Notes under the pieces: model-generated
The model's input: the letters and a program-made list of their open reading frames with translations, nothing else
What the model was told of the DNA's origin: nothing
Database searches by the model: none
NCBI GenBank assembly: GCA_963793865.1
Contig: CAWCBP010000001.1
Coordinates: 448,001 to 512,000, forward strand
Origin: an uncultured delta proteobacterium
Lineage (GTDB): Bacteria; Desulfobacterota; WTBG01
Reading direction: 5' to 3'
Length of the DNA: 64,000 bases
Part shown: positions 42,196 through 52,732 of the stretch, piece after piece
Layout of the letters: each line of letters begins with the position of its first letter
Position numbering within the stretch: the first letter of the stretch is position 1
Program-made: the position numbers and the translations under genes

Positions 42196-42975
42196 GTGCT
42201 GGAAATAATTCAAAATCTTCGCCTCTGGGATATCATTGATATCCTCATTGTCACCTATGTCATTTATCGCATCATCCTGCTCATCAAGGGAACCCGCGCG
42301 GTCCAGATGCTCATCGGGCTGGTGGTGGTGATCGGGCTCTACGGCATATCCTATCGCATGGGGCTGTTTACCCTCCACTGGATCCTCAATAATTTTCTCG
42401 CTTCCATCATTCTGGTGGTGGTGGTCATCTTCCAGGAGGATATCAGACGGGCGCTGAGCCGCGTGGGCAGAAATCCCTTCATCGGCGGCAGCGGCGGCAG
42501 GCTGCAGGAAGTGGAGATGGTTGAGGAAGTGGTGCGGGCCAGCGCGGAGCTGGTGGAGCGGAAGGTGGGCGCGCTGATCGTGCTGGAGCGGAAAACCGGC
42601 CTCAATGATTACATTGAAAAGGGCGTGCGCATTGACGCCGTCGTGCAGCAGGAAACCCTGGTCAGCATATTTGTGCCCGAGTCGCCCCTCCATGACGGGG
42701 CGGTGATCATCCAGGAGGGACGGATCGCCGCGGCAGGATGCCTCCTGCCCCTGGATGCGTCCATAGAAATAAGCGGCACCTTCGGGACGCGGCACCGCTG
42801 CGGCTTGAGCCTCTGCAAGGAGACCGACGCGGTGGTGATTATCATTTCGGAGGAGCGGAACACCATTGCCCTGGCCTTTGACGGTACCATCAGGCTGAAC
42901 CTGAGCGAGCAGGTGCTCCGGGACACCCTGCTGAAACTGCTTCCCGCCGGGAAAGTGATGCTGAAACGGGCGTAG
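42196..42975 (+). CDS. cdaA: Diadenylate cyclase CdaA
   Basis: Three TMs, LHDGA, GTRHR, ISEE. Confidence 0.95.
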   Translation: MLEIIQNLRLWDIIDILIVTYVIYRIILLIKGTRAVQMLIGLVVVIGLYGISYRMGLFTLHWILNNFLASIILVVVVIFQEDIRRALSRVGRNPFIGGSGGRLQEVEMVEEVVRASAELVERKVGALIVLERKTGLNDYIEKGVRIDAVVQQETLVSIFVPESPLHDGAVIIQEGRIAAAGCLLPLDASIEISGTFGTRHRCGLSLCKETDAVVIIISEERNTIALAFDGTIRLNLSEQVLRDTLLKLLPAGKVMLKRA

Positions 42976-42984
42976 GTAAAAATC

Positions 42985-43926
42985 ATGCAGCTGAGCGTGC
43001 TTGTACGGGATTCACTGACCAGGAACCGGGCGATAAAGTTTTTTTCGCTCCTGCTGGCGCTCACCCTCTGGTTTTTCGTGATGGGGGAGAAGAAGGCGGA
43101 GTTCTCCTTCGCCGATGTTCCCGTGGAGTTTATCAATAAACCGCCCGACATGGTGGTGACCCGGCAGTCGCCCCGCAGCGTGAATTTGCGGGTCAGCGGC
43201 TCGCGGAGCCTGCTGGCAACCATGTCTTCCAGCAGCCTCAAAGCGGTGGTGGACCTTGAAGGGGCAAAGCCGGGCAAAATGGTTTTCAGTGATTTGAGCG
43301 AGGCCGTCACGCTGCCCAACGGCACCAGGATTACCAGCATCAGCCCCGCCGAAGTGGAGCTGACCGTGGAGGCGCTGACTTCGAAGCGGGTCCCGGTGAC
43401 CGTTGATCTTGCGGGAGAGCCCGCTTCGGGATATGTGGTGCAGGGGGTCTCTGTTGACCCGCCCGTGGTTGACGTTACCGTGGCTGAAAGCGAGGCTGAA
43501 TCGTTTCAGAAAGTGCTTACCCGGCCGGTGGACATCTCCGGAGAGACACGATCGGTCACGCGGGAGGTCCCCCTGGCCACGACCAATTTGGATCCCCCGC
43601 GGTCGGCCGGCAGGAAGAAGGTGCAGGTGGCGGTCACGATTAATTCGCGGATTCGCGAGAAGGTGCTGTCCGGCATACCGGTGATAGTGGTCGACAGCCG
43701 TTACAAGGCGAGCATCGTGCCCGATACCATCCAGGTGCGCATACAGTATCCCTACCAGCTGGAGGAGACAGTTGCCGCCGGCGGGATTATTGCCACCATC
43801 GATATGAAGGATGGCAGGCCGGGGACCTACAGCCGGAAGTCGGTGGTTAAGCTGCCCGAGGGGGTCTCTCTGCTGGAGTCCATACCGGACAGCTGTGAGG
43901 TGGTGCTGAGCAAGGAACCGGCTTGA
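42985..43926 (+). CDS. cdaR: CdaR / YbbR-domain regulator
   Basis: IKFFSLLLALTLWFFV TM plus repeated YbbR-like beta domains; follows cdaA. Confidence 0.9.
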   Translation: MQLSVLVRDSLTRNRAIKFFSLLLALTLWFFVMGEKKAEFSFADVPVEFINKPPDMVVTRQSPRSVNLRVSGSRSLLATMSSSSLKAVVDLEGAKPGKMVFSDLSEAVTLPNGTRITSISPAEVELTVEALTSKRVPVTVDLAGEPASGYVVQGVSVDPPVVDVTVAESEAESFQKVLTRPVDISGETRSVTREVPLATTNLDPPRSAGRKKVQVAVTINSRIREKVLSGIPVIVVDSRYKASIVPDTIQVRIQYPYQLEETVAAGGIIATIDMKDGRPGTYSRKSVVKLPEGVSLLESIPDSCEVVLSKEPA

Positions 43927-43981
43927 AATTTGTAATTGTGCAAGCACCCGATAGCCGGAGGATGCTTCACTGTTGTGAAAG

Positions 43982-44072
43982 GTCATTGCGAGCGACCACA
44001 GGGAGCGCGGCAATCTCCATATTTTTTATTAGTCATGGGATTGCTTCGGTCGTTCCTCTCCCTCGCAATGAC
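43982..44072. repeat. GTCATTGCGAG..CTCGCAATGAC palindromic element (RPE-like)
   Basis: 11-bp perfect terminal IR plus inner GCAATCTC/GGGATTGC; half copy at ~16708-16752. Confidence 0.85.
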
Positions 44073-44110
44073 ACTGCAACATAGTCTTCATTGAATGGGA
44101 AAGGGGTTTC

Positions 44111-44860
44111 ATGGCAGGACTGATGGTGAATGTTGACCATATCGCAACCGTAAGGCAGGCCAGGAAAGGTGACGAGCCCGACCCGGTGGTGGCTGCAGCG
44201 CTGGCGGAGCTGGGGGGCTGTGACGGCATCATCGTGCACCTGCGCGAGGACAGAAGGCACATTCAGGACAGGGACCTGGAGCTGCTGCGCGAAACGGTCA
44301 GGACCAGGCTGAACCTGGAGATGGCGGCGGTGCCGGAGATGGTGAGCAAGGCCCGGCGGATCAAGCCGGAGATGGCCACCCTGGTGCCGGAAAAGCGTCA
44401 GGAGCTGACCACGGAGGGCGGCCTTGATATAATCACCCACCGAAAATCGGTGCGGCCGGCGGTAAAGGCATTGCAGCAGGCCGGTATCGCGGTGAGCCTG
44501 TTTGTCGATCCGGACCCGCGCCAGGTAAAGGCGGCGAAGGAGAAGGCGGGGGCTGATTACATCGAGATACATACCGGCAGCTTCGCTGAGGCAAAAACTC
44601 CCCTCCGGCAGAAGCAGGAGCTGGAGAGAATTCGGCGGGCCGCGGCACTCGCCTCCAGGCTGGGGCTGGGTGTCAATGCCGGCCACGGATTAAATTACAC
44701 CAATATTAAAAAGCTGCTGGGCGTCGCTGAGATCGAGGAATTCAGCATCGGGCACAGTATCGTTGCGCGGGCGCTCATGGTAGGGATGCGGCAGGCAGTG
44801 AAGGATATGGTTGAGGTTATACAAACGCCTCCGGGCAAGGCCGAGCGGCAGCGAGGCTGA
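44111..44860 (+). CDS. pdxJ: Pyridoxine 5'-phosphate synthase
   Basis: VNVDHIATVRQAR, HLREDRRHI, ELTTEGG, NAGHGL, IGHSI. Confidence 0.97.
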   Translation: MAGLMVNVDHIATVRQARKGDEPDPVVAAALAELGGCDGIIVHLREDRRHIQDRDLELLRETVRTRLNLEMAAVPEMVSKARRIKPEMATLVPEKRQELTTEGGLDIITHRKSVRPAVKALQQAGIAVSLFVDPDPRQVKAAKEKAGADYIEIHTGSFAEAKTPLRQKQELERIRRAAALASRLGLGVNAGHGLNYTNIKKLLGVAEIEEFSIGHSIVARALMVGMRQAVKDMVEVIQTPPGKAERQRG

Positions 44861-44899
44861 GGCTTTTTCTAACCCGGGTCACCTTTCTGCGGAGGAAGG

Positions 44900-46504
44900 A
44901 TGAAGGTTGTCACTGCGGAGATCATGCGACGGCTGGACCGCAAAACCATCGAAGAGGCCGGCATCCCCGGCATGGTGCTGATGGAAAATGCCGGCCGGGG
45001 CGTTGCGGGCGAGATATTCCGGGAATATCCCCGCATTCCCGGGGACAGGGTGGCAGTTGTGGCGGGAAGGGGGAACAACGGCGGCGACGGCTTTGTCATC
45101 GCCCGGTATCTCATCAACCGCGGGCTCGAGGTGCGGGTGTTTCTTCTCGCATCACCCGAAGCGCTGAAGGGTGACGCCGGGATGAACCTGGACATTCTCC
45201 GGCGGATGAAGGCGGACATCCGGGAAGTCACCGGTCAGGATGCCTGGAGGGCGGCGCGGCCGGAGCTTTCAGCCTGCGGGCTGATCGTCGACGCCATCCT
45301 GGGAACAGGGCTTTCCAGTGAGGTCGGCGGGCTGACCGCGGAAGTCATCAACCACATCAACCGGACGGGAATACCTGTCGTGTCGGTTGACCTGCCCTCG
45401 GGGCTGCACGCCGATACCGGCGAGGTGCTGGGCACCTGCGTGAAGGCCGCTTGTACCGTCACCTTCGGTCTGCCCAAGACAGGACTGTGCGTCCATCCCG
45501 GGGCGGACTATGCCGGACGGGTGAGGGTGATCGACATCGGCATTCCTGCCGCTCTGGTTGAAGCCGAAGGGATAAGGGACCGGGTGCTGACCTTTGACGA
45601 TGCCTGCCGGATGCTCAGGCCGCGCGAGGCTGCGGCCCACAAGGGCGATTGCGGGCACGTGCTGGTGGTGGCCGGCTCACCCGGTAAAACAGGGGCGGCC
45701 GCACTCTGCTGCGGGGGCGCTGCCGGCGCGGGCGCGGGTCTGGTAACCCTGGCCGTTCCGGAAAGCCTGAACGGCATCATGGAGGTGAAGCTGACCGAGG
45801 TGATGACGGAGCCAGTTCCCGGGGAAGTAGCCGGTTACTTCGGAGCCGGCAGTCTTGAAGCGGTGATGAAACTGATGGCGGGCAAGACGGTGCTGGCGCT
45901 GGGACCGGGCATTTCCACCCGGGCCGGGGCTGCACAGCTGGTCCATGGCCTTGTTGAGCGAAGCACCATCCCCCTGGTCATCGATGCCGACGGGCTGAAT
46001 GCGCTGAGCGGCAGCCTGGAGGTGCTCAGCCGGGCAAAGGCACCGGTGGTGCTGACCCCCCATCCCGGCGAGATGGCGCGTTTGGCGGGATCGGGCGCGC
46101 GTGAGGTGCAGCGTGACCGGGCCGGGGCGGCACGGGATTTCGCCAGGCGCTACGGGTGCTGCCTGGTGCTCAAGGGGGCGCGCACGCTGGTTGCGGAACC
46201 TGACGGGTCCGTTGCCGTCAATCTTACCGGCAATGCGGGCATGGCCTCCGGCGGTATGGGAGACGTGCTCACCGGAATGATCGCGGGGTTCATGGCGCAG
46301 GGGTATGATGCCGCCCTCAGCGCGCGCGCGGCGGTTTTCTGCCACGGCATGGCCGGGGATCTGCTGGCATGCGAAGAGGGCCCGCAGGGGTTCCCGGCCG
46401 GCGATCTGATCCGGGTGCTGCCCCGCGTGCTTAAGTCCTTGCTGGAGCGCAGGCTTCCCGCATCCCTCGGCGCCGGGTATGCTTCGATGGATGCACGTTT
46501 GTAG
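44900..46504 (+). CDS. nnr: Bifunctional NAD(P)HX epimerase/dehydratase
   Basis: LMENAG, GNNGGDG, DLPSG, HKGDCG, DADGLN, TPHPGE, GMGDVLTG. Confidence 0.95.
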   Translation: MKVVTAEIMRRLDRKTIEEAGIPGMVLMENAGRGVAGEIFREYPRIPGDRVAVVAGRGNNGGDGFVIARYLINRGLEVRVFLLASPEALKGDAGMNLDILRRMKADIREVTGQDAWRAARPELSACGLIVDAILGTGLSSEVGGLTAEVINHINRTGIPVVSVDLPSGLHADTGEVLGTCVKAACTVTFGLPKTGLCVHPGADYAGRVRVIDIGIPAALVEAEGIRDRVLTFDDACRMLRPREAAAHKGDCGHVLVVAGSPGKTGAAALCCGGAAGAGAGLVTLAVPESLNGIMEVKLTEVMTEPVPGEVAGYFGAGSLEAVMKLMAGKTVLALGPGISTRAGAAQLVHGLVERSTIPLVIDADGLNALSGSLEVLSRAKAPVVLTPHPGEMARLAGSGAREVQRDRAGAARDFARRYGCCLVLKGARTLVAEPDGSVAVNLTGNAGMASGGMGDVLTGMIAGFMAQGYDAALSARAAVFCHGMAGDLLACEEGPQGFPAGDLIRVLPRVLKSLLERRLPASLGAGYASMDARL

Positions 46505-46512
46505 GGCGTGAT

Positions 46513-47007
46513 ATGGGATGTCAGATCAGCATTGTATCGCACAGCCCCGATGAGACGGCCGCCTGGGGCAGGAAGCTGGGGACGCTGCTTGAGGCCGGCG
46601 ACGTCGTGGCATTGATCGGCGAGCTGGGCGCGGGCAAGACCACCCTGGCGCAGGGTATCGCGCGGGGTGCAGGCATACCCGAGGAGAGCTATATTGCCAG
46701 CCCCACCTTCACCCTGATCAACGAGTACCGGGGAAGGGTGCCGCTCTACCATCTTGACTTTTACCGCATTGAGGGCCCTTCCGATTGTGCGGGCCTCGGA
46801 TTGGAGGAGTACCTGGGAGGAGCGGGCGTTGCCCTGATCGAGTGGGCCGATAAACATGAGGCGCTGCTTCCCCGTGACCGCCTGACGGTCCGGCTGGCAT
46901 ACCTGGATGAAACCACGCGGAGGGCGGCGGTATCGGCAACGGGCGATCGTTCCGCCCGGCTGGTGCGGGCACTCCAAAAGATGCTGCCGGGCATGGAAGG
47001 TCATTGA
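46513..47007 (+). CDS. tsaE: tRNA t6A biosynthesis ATPase
   Basis: GELGAGKT, SPTFTL, HLDFYR, IEW. Confidence 0.96.
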   Translation: MGCQISIVSHSPDETAAWGRKLGTLLEAGDVVALIGELGAGKTTLAQGIARGAGIPEESYIASPTFTLINEYRGRVPLYHLDFYRIEGPSDCAGLGLEEYLGGAGVALIEWADKHEALLPRDRLTVRLAYLDETTRRAAVSATGDRSARLVRALQKMLPGMEGH

Positions 47008-47099
47008 GACCGTGCCCGGCCTGCGGAAGACTGATGGGCGGAGGCTGGCGTACGGCCCCGGCCCCGATGAAGCGATAGAAAGATAAGGAGGATATCACA

Positions 47100-48335
47100 G
47101 TGGCGCTGATTGTTCAAAAGTTCGGGGGTACATCGGTTGGTTCCATCGAGCGGATACGGAACGTGGCCGGTAAGGTCGTGGGGACGAGAAAGGCGGGCCA
47201 TGACTTGGTGGTGGTGGTTTCCGCCATGGCGGGAGAAACGGACCGCCTGATCAGGCTGGCAAAGGAGATGGCGGATAAACCGGACGGGCGGGAATATGAC
47301 GTGATGGTTTCCACCGGCGAGCAGATTTCCGTTGCCCTGCTGGCCATGGCCATACAGTCCCTCGGCTATCACGCCGTCTCCCTGCTGGGCTTTCAGGTGA
47401 GGATTATCACCGACAGCGATTTTACCAAGGCGCGCATCGAGAGCATTGACACCGGGGCGATAGCCGGGGCGCTGAAAAAGGGAAGCATCGTGGTGGTCGC
47501 GGGGTTTCAGGGGATTGATGAGGGGGGCAACATTACCACCCTGGGCAGGGGGGGATCCGATACCACGGCGGTGGCGCTGGCCGGCGTGCTCAAGGCCGAT
47601 GTGTGCGAGATCTATACCGACGTGGAGGGGGTGTATACCACCGATCCTTCCATATGTCCGCACGCCCGAAAGCTGGAGCGCATATCCTATGATGAAATGC
47701 TGGAGATGGCCAGCCTGGGCGCGAAGGTGCTGCACACCCGCTCGGTGGAGTTTGCCAAGAAATATTCCATTCCCATACATGTCCGGTCCAGCTTTACTGA
47801 AAATGACGGAACCCTAGTCACCAAGGAGGATGCAATCATGGAAAAAGTTCTTGTGTCGGGTGTCACCTATGACAGGAATGAGGCCAAAATTACCATCGTG
47901 AAGGTGCCCGACACGCCCGGGACCGCCTCAAGGATTTTTACGCCCATCTCCCGGGCCTCCATCAACGTGGACATGATCATCCAGAACGTGAGCGAGGACG
48001 GGTGTACCGATCTCACCTTCACCGTTCCCGAAACCGAGGTGAACCGGGCCCTGGAGGTGGTCAGGAAGGTCGCCAGGGATATAGGCGCCGCCGACGTGCA
48101 GTGCAACAAGGATATTGCCAAGGTTTCCATCGTGGGCGTGGGCATGCGCAGCCACGCGGGCGTTGCCGCCAGGATGTTCGAGGTGCTGGCAGGGGAGGGG
48201 ATCAATATCATGATGATCAGCACCTCGGAGATTAAGATTTCCTGCGTGGTGGACGCAAAGTATACCGAGCTGGCGGTGCGGGTGCTCCATGATGCCTTCG
48301 GCCTGGGCGGGAAGCCGGAAACTGCGGCAGGGTAG
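47100..48335 (+). CDS. lysC: Aspartate kinase
   Basis: [22 protein letters not shown], two ACT domains. Confidence 0.96.
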   Translation: MALIVQKFGGTSVGSIERIRNVAGKVVGTRKAGHDLVVVVSAMAGETDRLIRLAKEMADKPDGREYDVMVSTGEQISVALLAMAIQSLGYHAVSLLGFQVRIITDSDFTKARIESIDTGAIAGALKKGSIVVVAGFQGIDEGGNITTLGRGGSDTTAVALAGVLKADVCEIYTDVEGVYTTDPSICPHARKLERISYDEMLEMASLGAKVLHTRSVEFAKKYSIPIHVRSSFTENDGTLVTKEDAIMEKVLVSGVTYDRNEAKITIVKVPDTPGTASRIFTPISRASINVDMIIQNVSEDGCTDLTFTVPETEVNRALEVVRKVARDIGAADVQCNKDIAKVSIVGVGMRSHAGVAARMFEVLAGEGINIMMISTSEIKISCVVDAKYTELAVRVLHDAFGLGGKPETAAG

Positions 48336-48365
48336 TGCGTCACCTCATCCGATCGGAGAAATCAC

Positions 48366-49937
48366 ATGCGGGACGTAACACTGTACGACACAACCTTGCG
48401 GGACGGCTCTCAGGCCGAGGATATCGCCTTTACCGTCGAGGACAAGCTGCGCATTGCCAGGAAGATTGATGAGCTGGGCATCCATTACATCGAAGGAGGA
48501 TGGCCGGGGTCCAATCCCAAGGATGCAGAGTTCTTCAAGCAGGCGCGCGACCTTTCCCTCAAGCACGCCACCATCGTCGCCTTCGGCAGCACCGCAAAGG
48601 CCGGCACCCCGCCGGAGGAAGACCACAACCTGAAGGCGCTGGTCAAGGCCCGCACCGGAGCGGTGACCGTGTTCGGGAAAAGCTGGGACATTCATGTAAA
48701 GGACGCCCTGCACATCAGCCTCGCGGAAAACCTGCGCCTCATAACCGATACCGTCGCCTACCTCAAGCGGCAGTGCGCCACGGTATTTTTTGACGCGGAG
48801 CACTTCTTTGACGGCTTTGCCGCGAATCGCGCATACGCCCTCAAGACCGCCCAGGCGGCGGCCGCGGCCGGGGCGGATTGCGTTGTCCTCTGCGATACCA
48901 ACGGGGGCACGCTGCCGGACAGCCTGCGGGACATCATCGGCGGGGTGCAGGGCCATCTCAAGGGGACCCCGCTCGGCATCCATACCCACAATGACTCGGA
49001 AGTGGCGGTGGCCAACAGCATCATCGCCGTGCAGCTGGGCATCAGCCAGGTCCAGGGAACCATCAACGGCATGGGCGAGCGCTGCGGCAACGCCAATTTA
49101 TGCTCCATCATACCCAACCTGGTGCTGAAGCTCAAGCTGCCCTGCATCACCGCCAGGCAGCTCGCCGGGCTGCAGGAGGTGTCACGCTTTGTCTATGAAC
49201 TGGCCAACCTGCAGCCGCTCAGCCGCCAGCCCTATGTGGGAAGAAGCGCCTTTGCCCACAAGGGCGGCGTCCACGTCAGCGCCATCACCAGAAAGCCCCG
49301 GACCTATGAGCATATCGTTCCCGGCCTGGTGGGCAACGTGCAGCGGGTTTTAATCTCCGACCTCTCGGGCAAAAGCAGCATTTTGCAGAAGGCCAGGGAG
49401 TTCAAGATCAACATTTCAAGCAAGGACCCGGTGGTGCAGGAGATCATGGAGCGCCTGAAGCACCTCGAAAACCAGGGGTATCAGTTTGAAGGCGCCGAGG
49501 CATCCTTTGAGCTGCTGATGATGGAGGCGCTGGGCACCCGTCGGAAGTATTTCGAGCTGGTGGGCTTCCGGATCATCAACGAGCGCCGGCCCGGCGATGA
49601 GAGCCTCTGCGAGGCGACCATCATGGTCAGGGTCGGCGGCAGAACCGAGCACACCGCCGCGCTGGGAAACGGGCCGGTGAACGCGCTCGACAACGCCCTG
49701 CGCAAGGCGCTGGAAAAATTTTATCCCCAGCTCAAGCAGACATCGCTTATCGATTACAAGGTGCGGGTGCTCTCCTCGGGTCAGGGCACGGGCTCCCGCG
49801 TGCGGGTGCTGGTGGAATCGGGAGACGGCGCCCACACCTGGGGCACCGTCGGCGTGTCTGAAAACATCATTGAGGCAAGCTGGCAGGCGCTGGCCGACAG
49901 CGTCAACTACAAGCTCTATAAGGATGAACGCAGATAA
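48366..49937 (+). CDS. cimA: Citramalate synthase
   Basis: [42 protein letters not shown]. Confidence 0.94.
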   Translation: MRDVTLYDTTLRDGSQAEDIAFTVEDKLRIARKIDELGIHYIEGGWPGSNPKDAEFFKQARDLSLKHATIVAFGSTAKAGTPPEEDHNLKALVKARTGAVTVFGKSWDIHVKDALHISLAENLRLITDTVAYLKRQCATVFFDAEHFFDGFAANRAYALKTAQAAAAAGADCVVLCDTNGGTLPDSLRDIIGGVQGHLKGTPLGIHTHNDSEVAVANSIIAVQLGISQVQGTINGMGERCGNANLCSIIPNLVLKLKLPCITARQLAGLQEVSRFVYELANLQPLSRQPYVGRSAFAHKGGVHVSAITRKPRTYEHIVPGLVGNVQRVLISDLSGKSSILQKAREFKINISSKDPVVQEIMERLKHLENQGYQFEGAEASFELLMMEALGTRRKYFELVGFRIINERRPGDESLCEATIMVRVGGRTEHTAALGNGPVNALDNALRKALEKFYPQLKQTSLIDYKVRVLSSGQGTGSRVRVLVESGDGAHTWGTVGVSENIIEASWQALADSVNYKLYKDERR

Positions 49938-50505
49938 GATCCGTTTCAGCCGGGAGCAGTGCCGGATCATGTTCGGCATGGCGGTTGCGGTGCTGGTCCT
50001 GTTTTTGTGCCGCTTCGGTCTGCCGGTCGGCGGCGCCGCGTCAGTTACTCCCGCGACGAAGGCGGGGCACAAGCGCCCGCCCTTTGTCATCGAGCTGGCC
50101 GGAGGGGTGGCCCGGCCGGGAGTGTACAGCTTTTTCAATCAAACGGGCTTTGCCGCGGCGATACGCGAAGCGGGCGGACTGGAGAGCGGGGCCTTCGTGC
50201 CGGAAGATGTGCTGCGTGCGGCGCCGGTGAACGGCTCGCTGCTTTCCATCGGAACCGGTCCCGGGTCAACCGCGGTAACGCTGATGGATCCCCACAAGCG
50301 TTTCCTCTATTGTGTACCTTTTTCGATCAATCTGGCCGGTGCTGAGGAGCTGGCGCTGGTGCCGGGCATCGGAGAAAAAACCGCCCGCGCCATTGTGAGC
50401 TACCGGGAGCGGTACGGTGCCTTCCCGCGGCTCCAATCGCTGCTTGAGGTTCCGGGCATCGGGCGGCACACCTTCGAGCGGATGAAAGCGTTCCTTGAGG
50501 TCTGA
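49924..50505 (+). CDS. comEA: ComEA-like helix-hairpin-helix DNA-binding protein
   Basis: [34 protein letters not shown]. Confidence 0.82.
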   Translation: MNADKIRFSREQCRIMFGMAVAVLVLFLCRFGLPVGGAASVTPATKAGHKRPPFVIELAGGVARPGVYSFFNQTGFAAAIREAGGLESGAFVPEDVLRAAPVNGSLLSIGTGPGSTAVTLMDPHKRFLYCVPFSINLAGAEELALVPGIGEKTARAIVSYRERYGAFPRLQSLLEVPGIGRHTFERMKAFLEV

Positions 50506-50508
50506 CCC

Positions 50509-51378
50509 TCACCCGGGCGGTGACAGGAAGGAGCGGGCATTCTCCCGCAAAATCCGCCGCTTCATTTCCTCTTCCACGGCAAGCTCGCTGAAATAGCGCG
50601 CGTAGGAGAGGATTTCTTCTACGGGGTTTGAGACCAGGACGGCATCCGATCCTGACAGGATGCGGGTATGAAAGGCTTGAATAAAGGAGCAGTAGCGGGG
50701 GTTGTTTTTCCTGAGCACCGCGATGAGGTACGAAGGGTCGGTATAGGCGTTCCGGAAGCGTTCAAGCAGCTCCGTAATCCTGCGCAGGCTGTATCCCAGG
50801 TGGGGAATGCAGATCCTGAGACGGGGGTAGGCGGTGAGCATCTCGCGCAGCCAGTCGAAATGCTCCGCAAGGTTGACGTGGTAGAGGAGGGGCAGGTTGC
50901 GCTCCTGGGCGCAGCTGAAAATGTCCCCCTGGACGCGTCGGTAGCGCTCCTGTGATATGCCCAGTGCCTGGGGGATGCCCTGGATGGCGAGCACCCTGTC
51001 CGCTTCGGGGATATACGCGCCCTTGATGCCCGCCCACCCCGAGACCCCGGGAGCGTCCAGCAGCGGCCCGGGGTGTTCGGTCACAAACCGCACATCCAGG
51101 AAAGGCGCGATTGTTTCCTCAAAGCCGTATTCCCGCGTCCAGGCATTGAGCAGCTCGGTTTCATCGCTGTTGGCGGCGCTGATGATGGGGCGGATGTGGT
51201 CGGGCGCCAGGCTGATCTTGAGCTCGTAGCTGAAGTTGTGGAGGGGGAGCGCGGTGATGACGATTTTCTCAAGACCGCGGGCGGTGAGGGCGGTGATGGT
51301 GCGCTTGAAGAGGGCGCCGTCTGCCGGCCTGAGAAAGCCGTGCACGTGCGCATCAATAAACGGTTCAGGCTGCGTCAT
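50509..51378 (-). CDS. Amidohydrolase family protein
   Basis: IDAHVH, LYHV, IPHLG, LSGSD, ILRENA. Confidence 0.85.
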   Translation of the reverse strand: MTQPEPFIDAHVHGFLRPADGALFKRTITALTARGLEKIVITALPLHNFSYELKISLAPDHIRPIISAANSDETELLNAWTREYGFEETIAPFLDVRFVTEHPGPLLDAPGVSGWAGIKGAYIPEADRVLAIQGIPQALGISQERYRRVQGDIFSCAQERNLPLLYHVNLAEHFDWLREMLTAYPRLRICIPHLGYSLRRITELLERFRNAYTDPSYLIAVLRKNNPRYCSFIQAFHTRILSGSDAVLVSNPVEEILSYARYFSELAVEEEMKRRILRENARSFLSPPG

Positions 51379-51401
51379 CAGCGGTGCCTTCCAACAAAAG
51401 A

Positions 51402-51430
51402 TTGACAAAGGAAAACGCACTGTGTACAGT
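51402..51430 (+). promoter_or_regulatory. Sigma70-type promoter
   Basis: TTGACA-N17-TACAGT. Confidence 0.65.
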
Positions 51431-51579
51431 TAGCATCTGCCGGCAGGCTTGCTGCCCCGGGGGCGTTGCGGACCGGGAAGGAGGTCGGATGCCGGCTCCT
51501 GCCCGGCGGTGCGGAAGTGCGGTGAAGCGGGGCAGCATGATCCGAAAGATATGTAAACGCATGTGCGAGAGAGGAGTCC

Positions 51580-52284
51580 ATGCCCAGAAAAATAAAAGTG
51601 CAGCGCAAAGACGTCAATGAACCCGATGAATTCATCTCCACCTCAAGCCAGGTCGTGGCTTATGTTAAGACGCGCTACCGGTTGCTGGCGCCCGCCGCAG
51701 GTGCGGTGCTGCTGCTGGTGCTGATCGCCGTCGTCTGGTACTACTACCGGGCGGGAAGAGAGCAGGATGCCCGGGCATCGTTTAATCAGGCGGTTGCGCT
51801 CTATCAGGCACCGGGCCCGGCGGAAACCGACAGGCCTTCAGACCGGAAGTACCGCGATGCACTTACGCAGTTCAGCGCCATTGAGGAAAAGTATCCGGGC
51901 ACCGACTCGGGGGTGCATGCCCTGTTCTACCTGGGTGAGAGCTCCTACCACCTGAAGGAATACGACAAGGCAATTGACTTCTATACCCGCTTCATCAAAC
52001 GCTCCCGCCCGGGCAATTACCTGCGATCGTATGCGTACGAGGGATTGGGATACTGCCATGAAGAGAAGCAGGACTACGCCACGGCCGTCGAATTCTACGG
52101 GCGGTCACTGCAGGAGCAATCCAATGCGCTGCCGGACCTGCTGTACGTTGCCATGGCGCGATGTTATGAAGCCCTGAATGACAAGACGAAAGCACTTGAT
52201 TACTACAGGAAGGTGACCGGCGAAAAAGACGGATCGGTGCTGTTGACCATTGCCGCCGACAGGATTGCCTCCCTCGCGCCCTGA
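51580..52284 (+). CDS. Membrane-anchored TPR protein (YfgM-like)
   Basis: EPDEF motif, single TM, TPR repeats. Confidence 0.85.
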   Translation: MPRKIKVQRKDVNEPDEFISTSSQVVAYVKTRYRLLAPAAGAVLLLVLIAVVWYYYRAGREQDARASFNQAVALYQAPGPAETDRPSDRKYRDALTQFSAIEEKYPGTDSGVHALFYLGESSYHLKEYDKAIDFYTRFIKRSRPGNYLRSYAYEGLGYCHEEKQDYATAVEFYGRSLQEQSNALPDLLYVAMARCYEALNDKTKALDYYRKVTGEKDGSVLLTIAADRIASLAP

Positions 52285-52285
52285 C

Positions 52286-52405
52286 TCAGGCCGTTGCTTC
52301 CCGGGACGGTTTTGACGCCGCGGCGCGATCGCGAACCTTTCTTTGCTTCAGTTTCAGATCGCATTTATGCCTTTTTCTTTTGTGCTTGAACTTTGATCGG
52401 GCCAT
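52286..52405 (-). CDS. 39-aa basic protein MARSKFKHKRKRHKCDLKLKQRKVRDRAAASKPSREATA
   Basis: AAGGGAGAAGGA RBS; TTGACA upstream on the minus strand (52542-52537); fills the gap convergent to the TPR gene. Confidence 0.65.
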   Translation of the reverse strand: MARSKFKHKRKRHKCDLKLKQRKVRDRAAASKPSREATA

Positions 52406-52732
52406 TACTGAATCCTTCTCCCTTCCGTTAAATCGTGGTAAATGATGTAAGCCCCTGTAGATTCCTTCCCCATCCTGCCGTGCCTTCTATATTGCACGCA
52501 TGCAGACCGTACAATTAAGCATGAAAGGCGCCCCATTGTCAATACCTAATCGCCCTTGCCGCCCTCGCGGACAAGGACCCTGGAATTATTTGCGGCCGGG
52601 AGACAAGTGTGTTATTATTCTTTTAATAGAAATTTAATTATTTTTCATGCTTCATGCTGATCTGCACAGGCAGGTTGCATTAACAAAGAAATGCGGTCTC
52701 TGAACGTAAGAGGCTCCCTGGAAAGGATGCGT

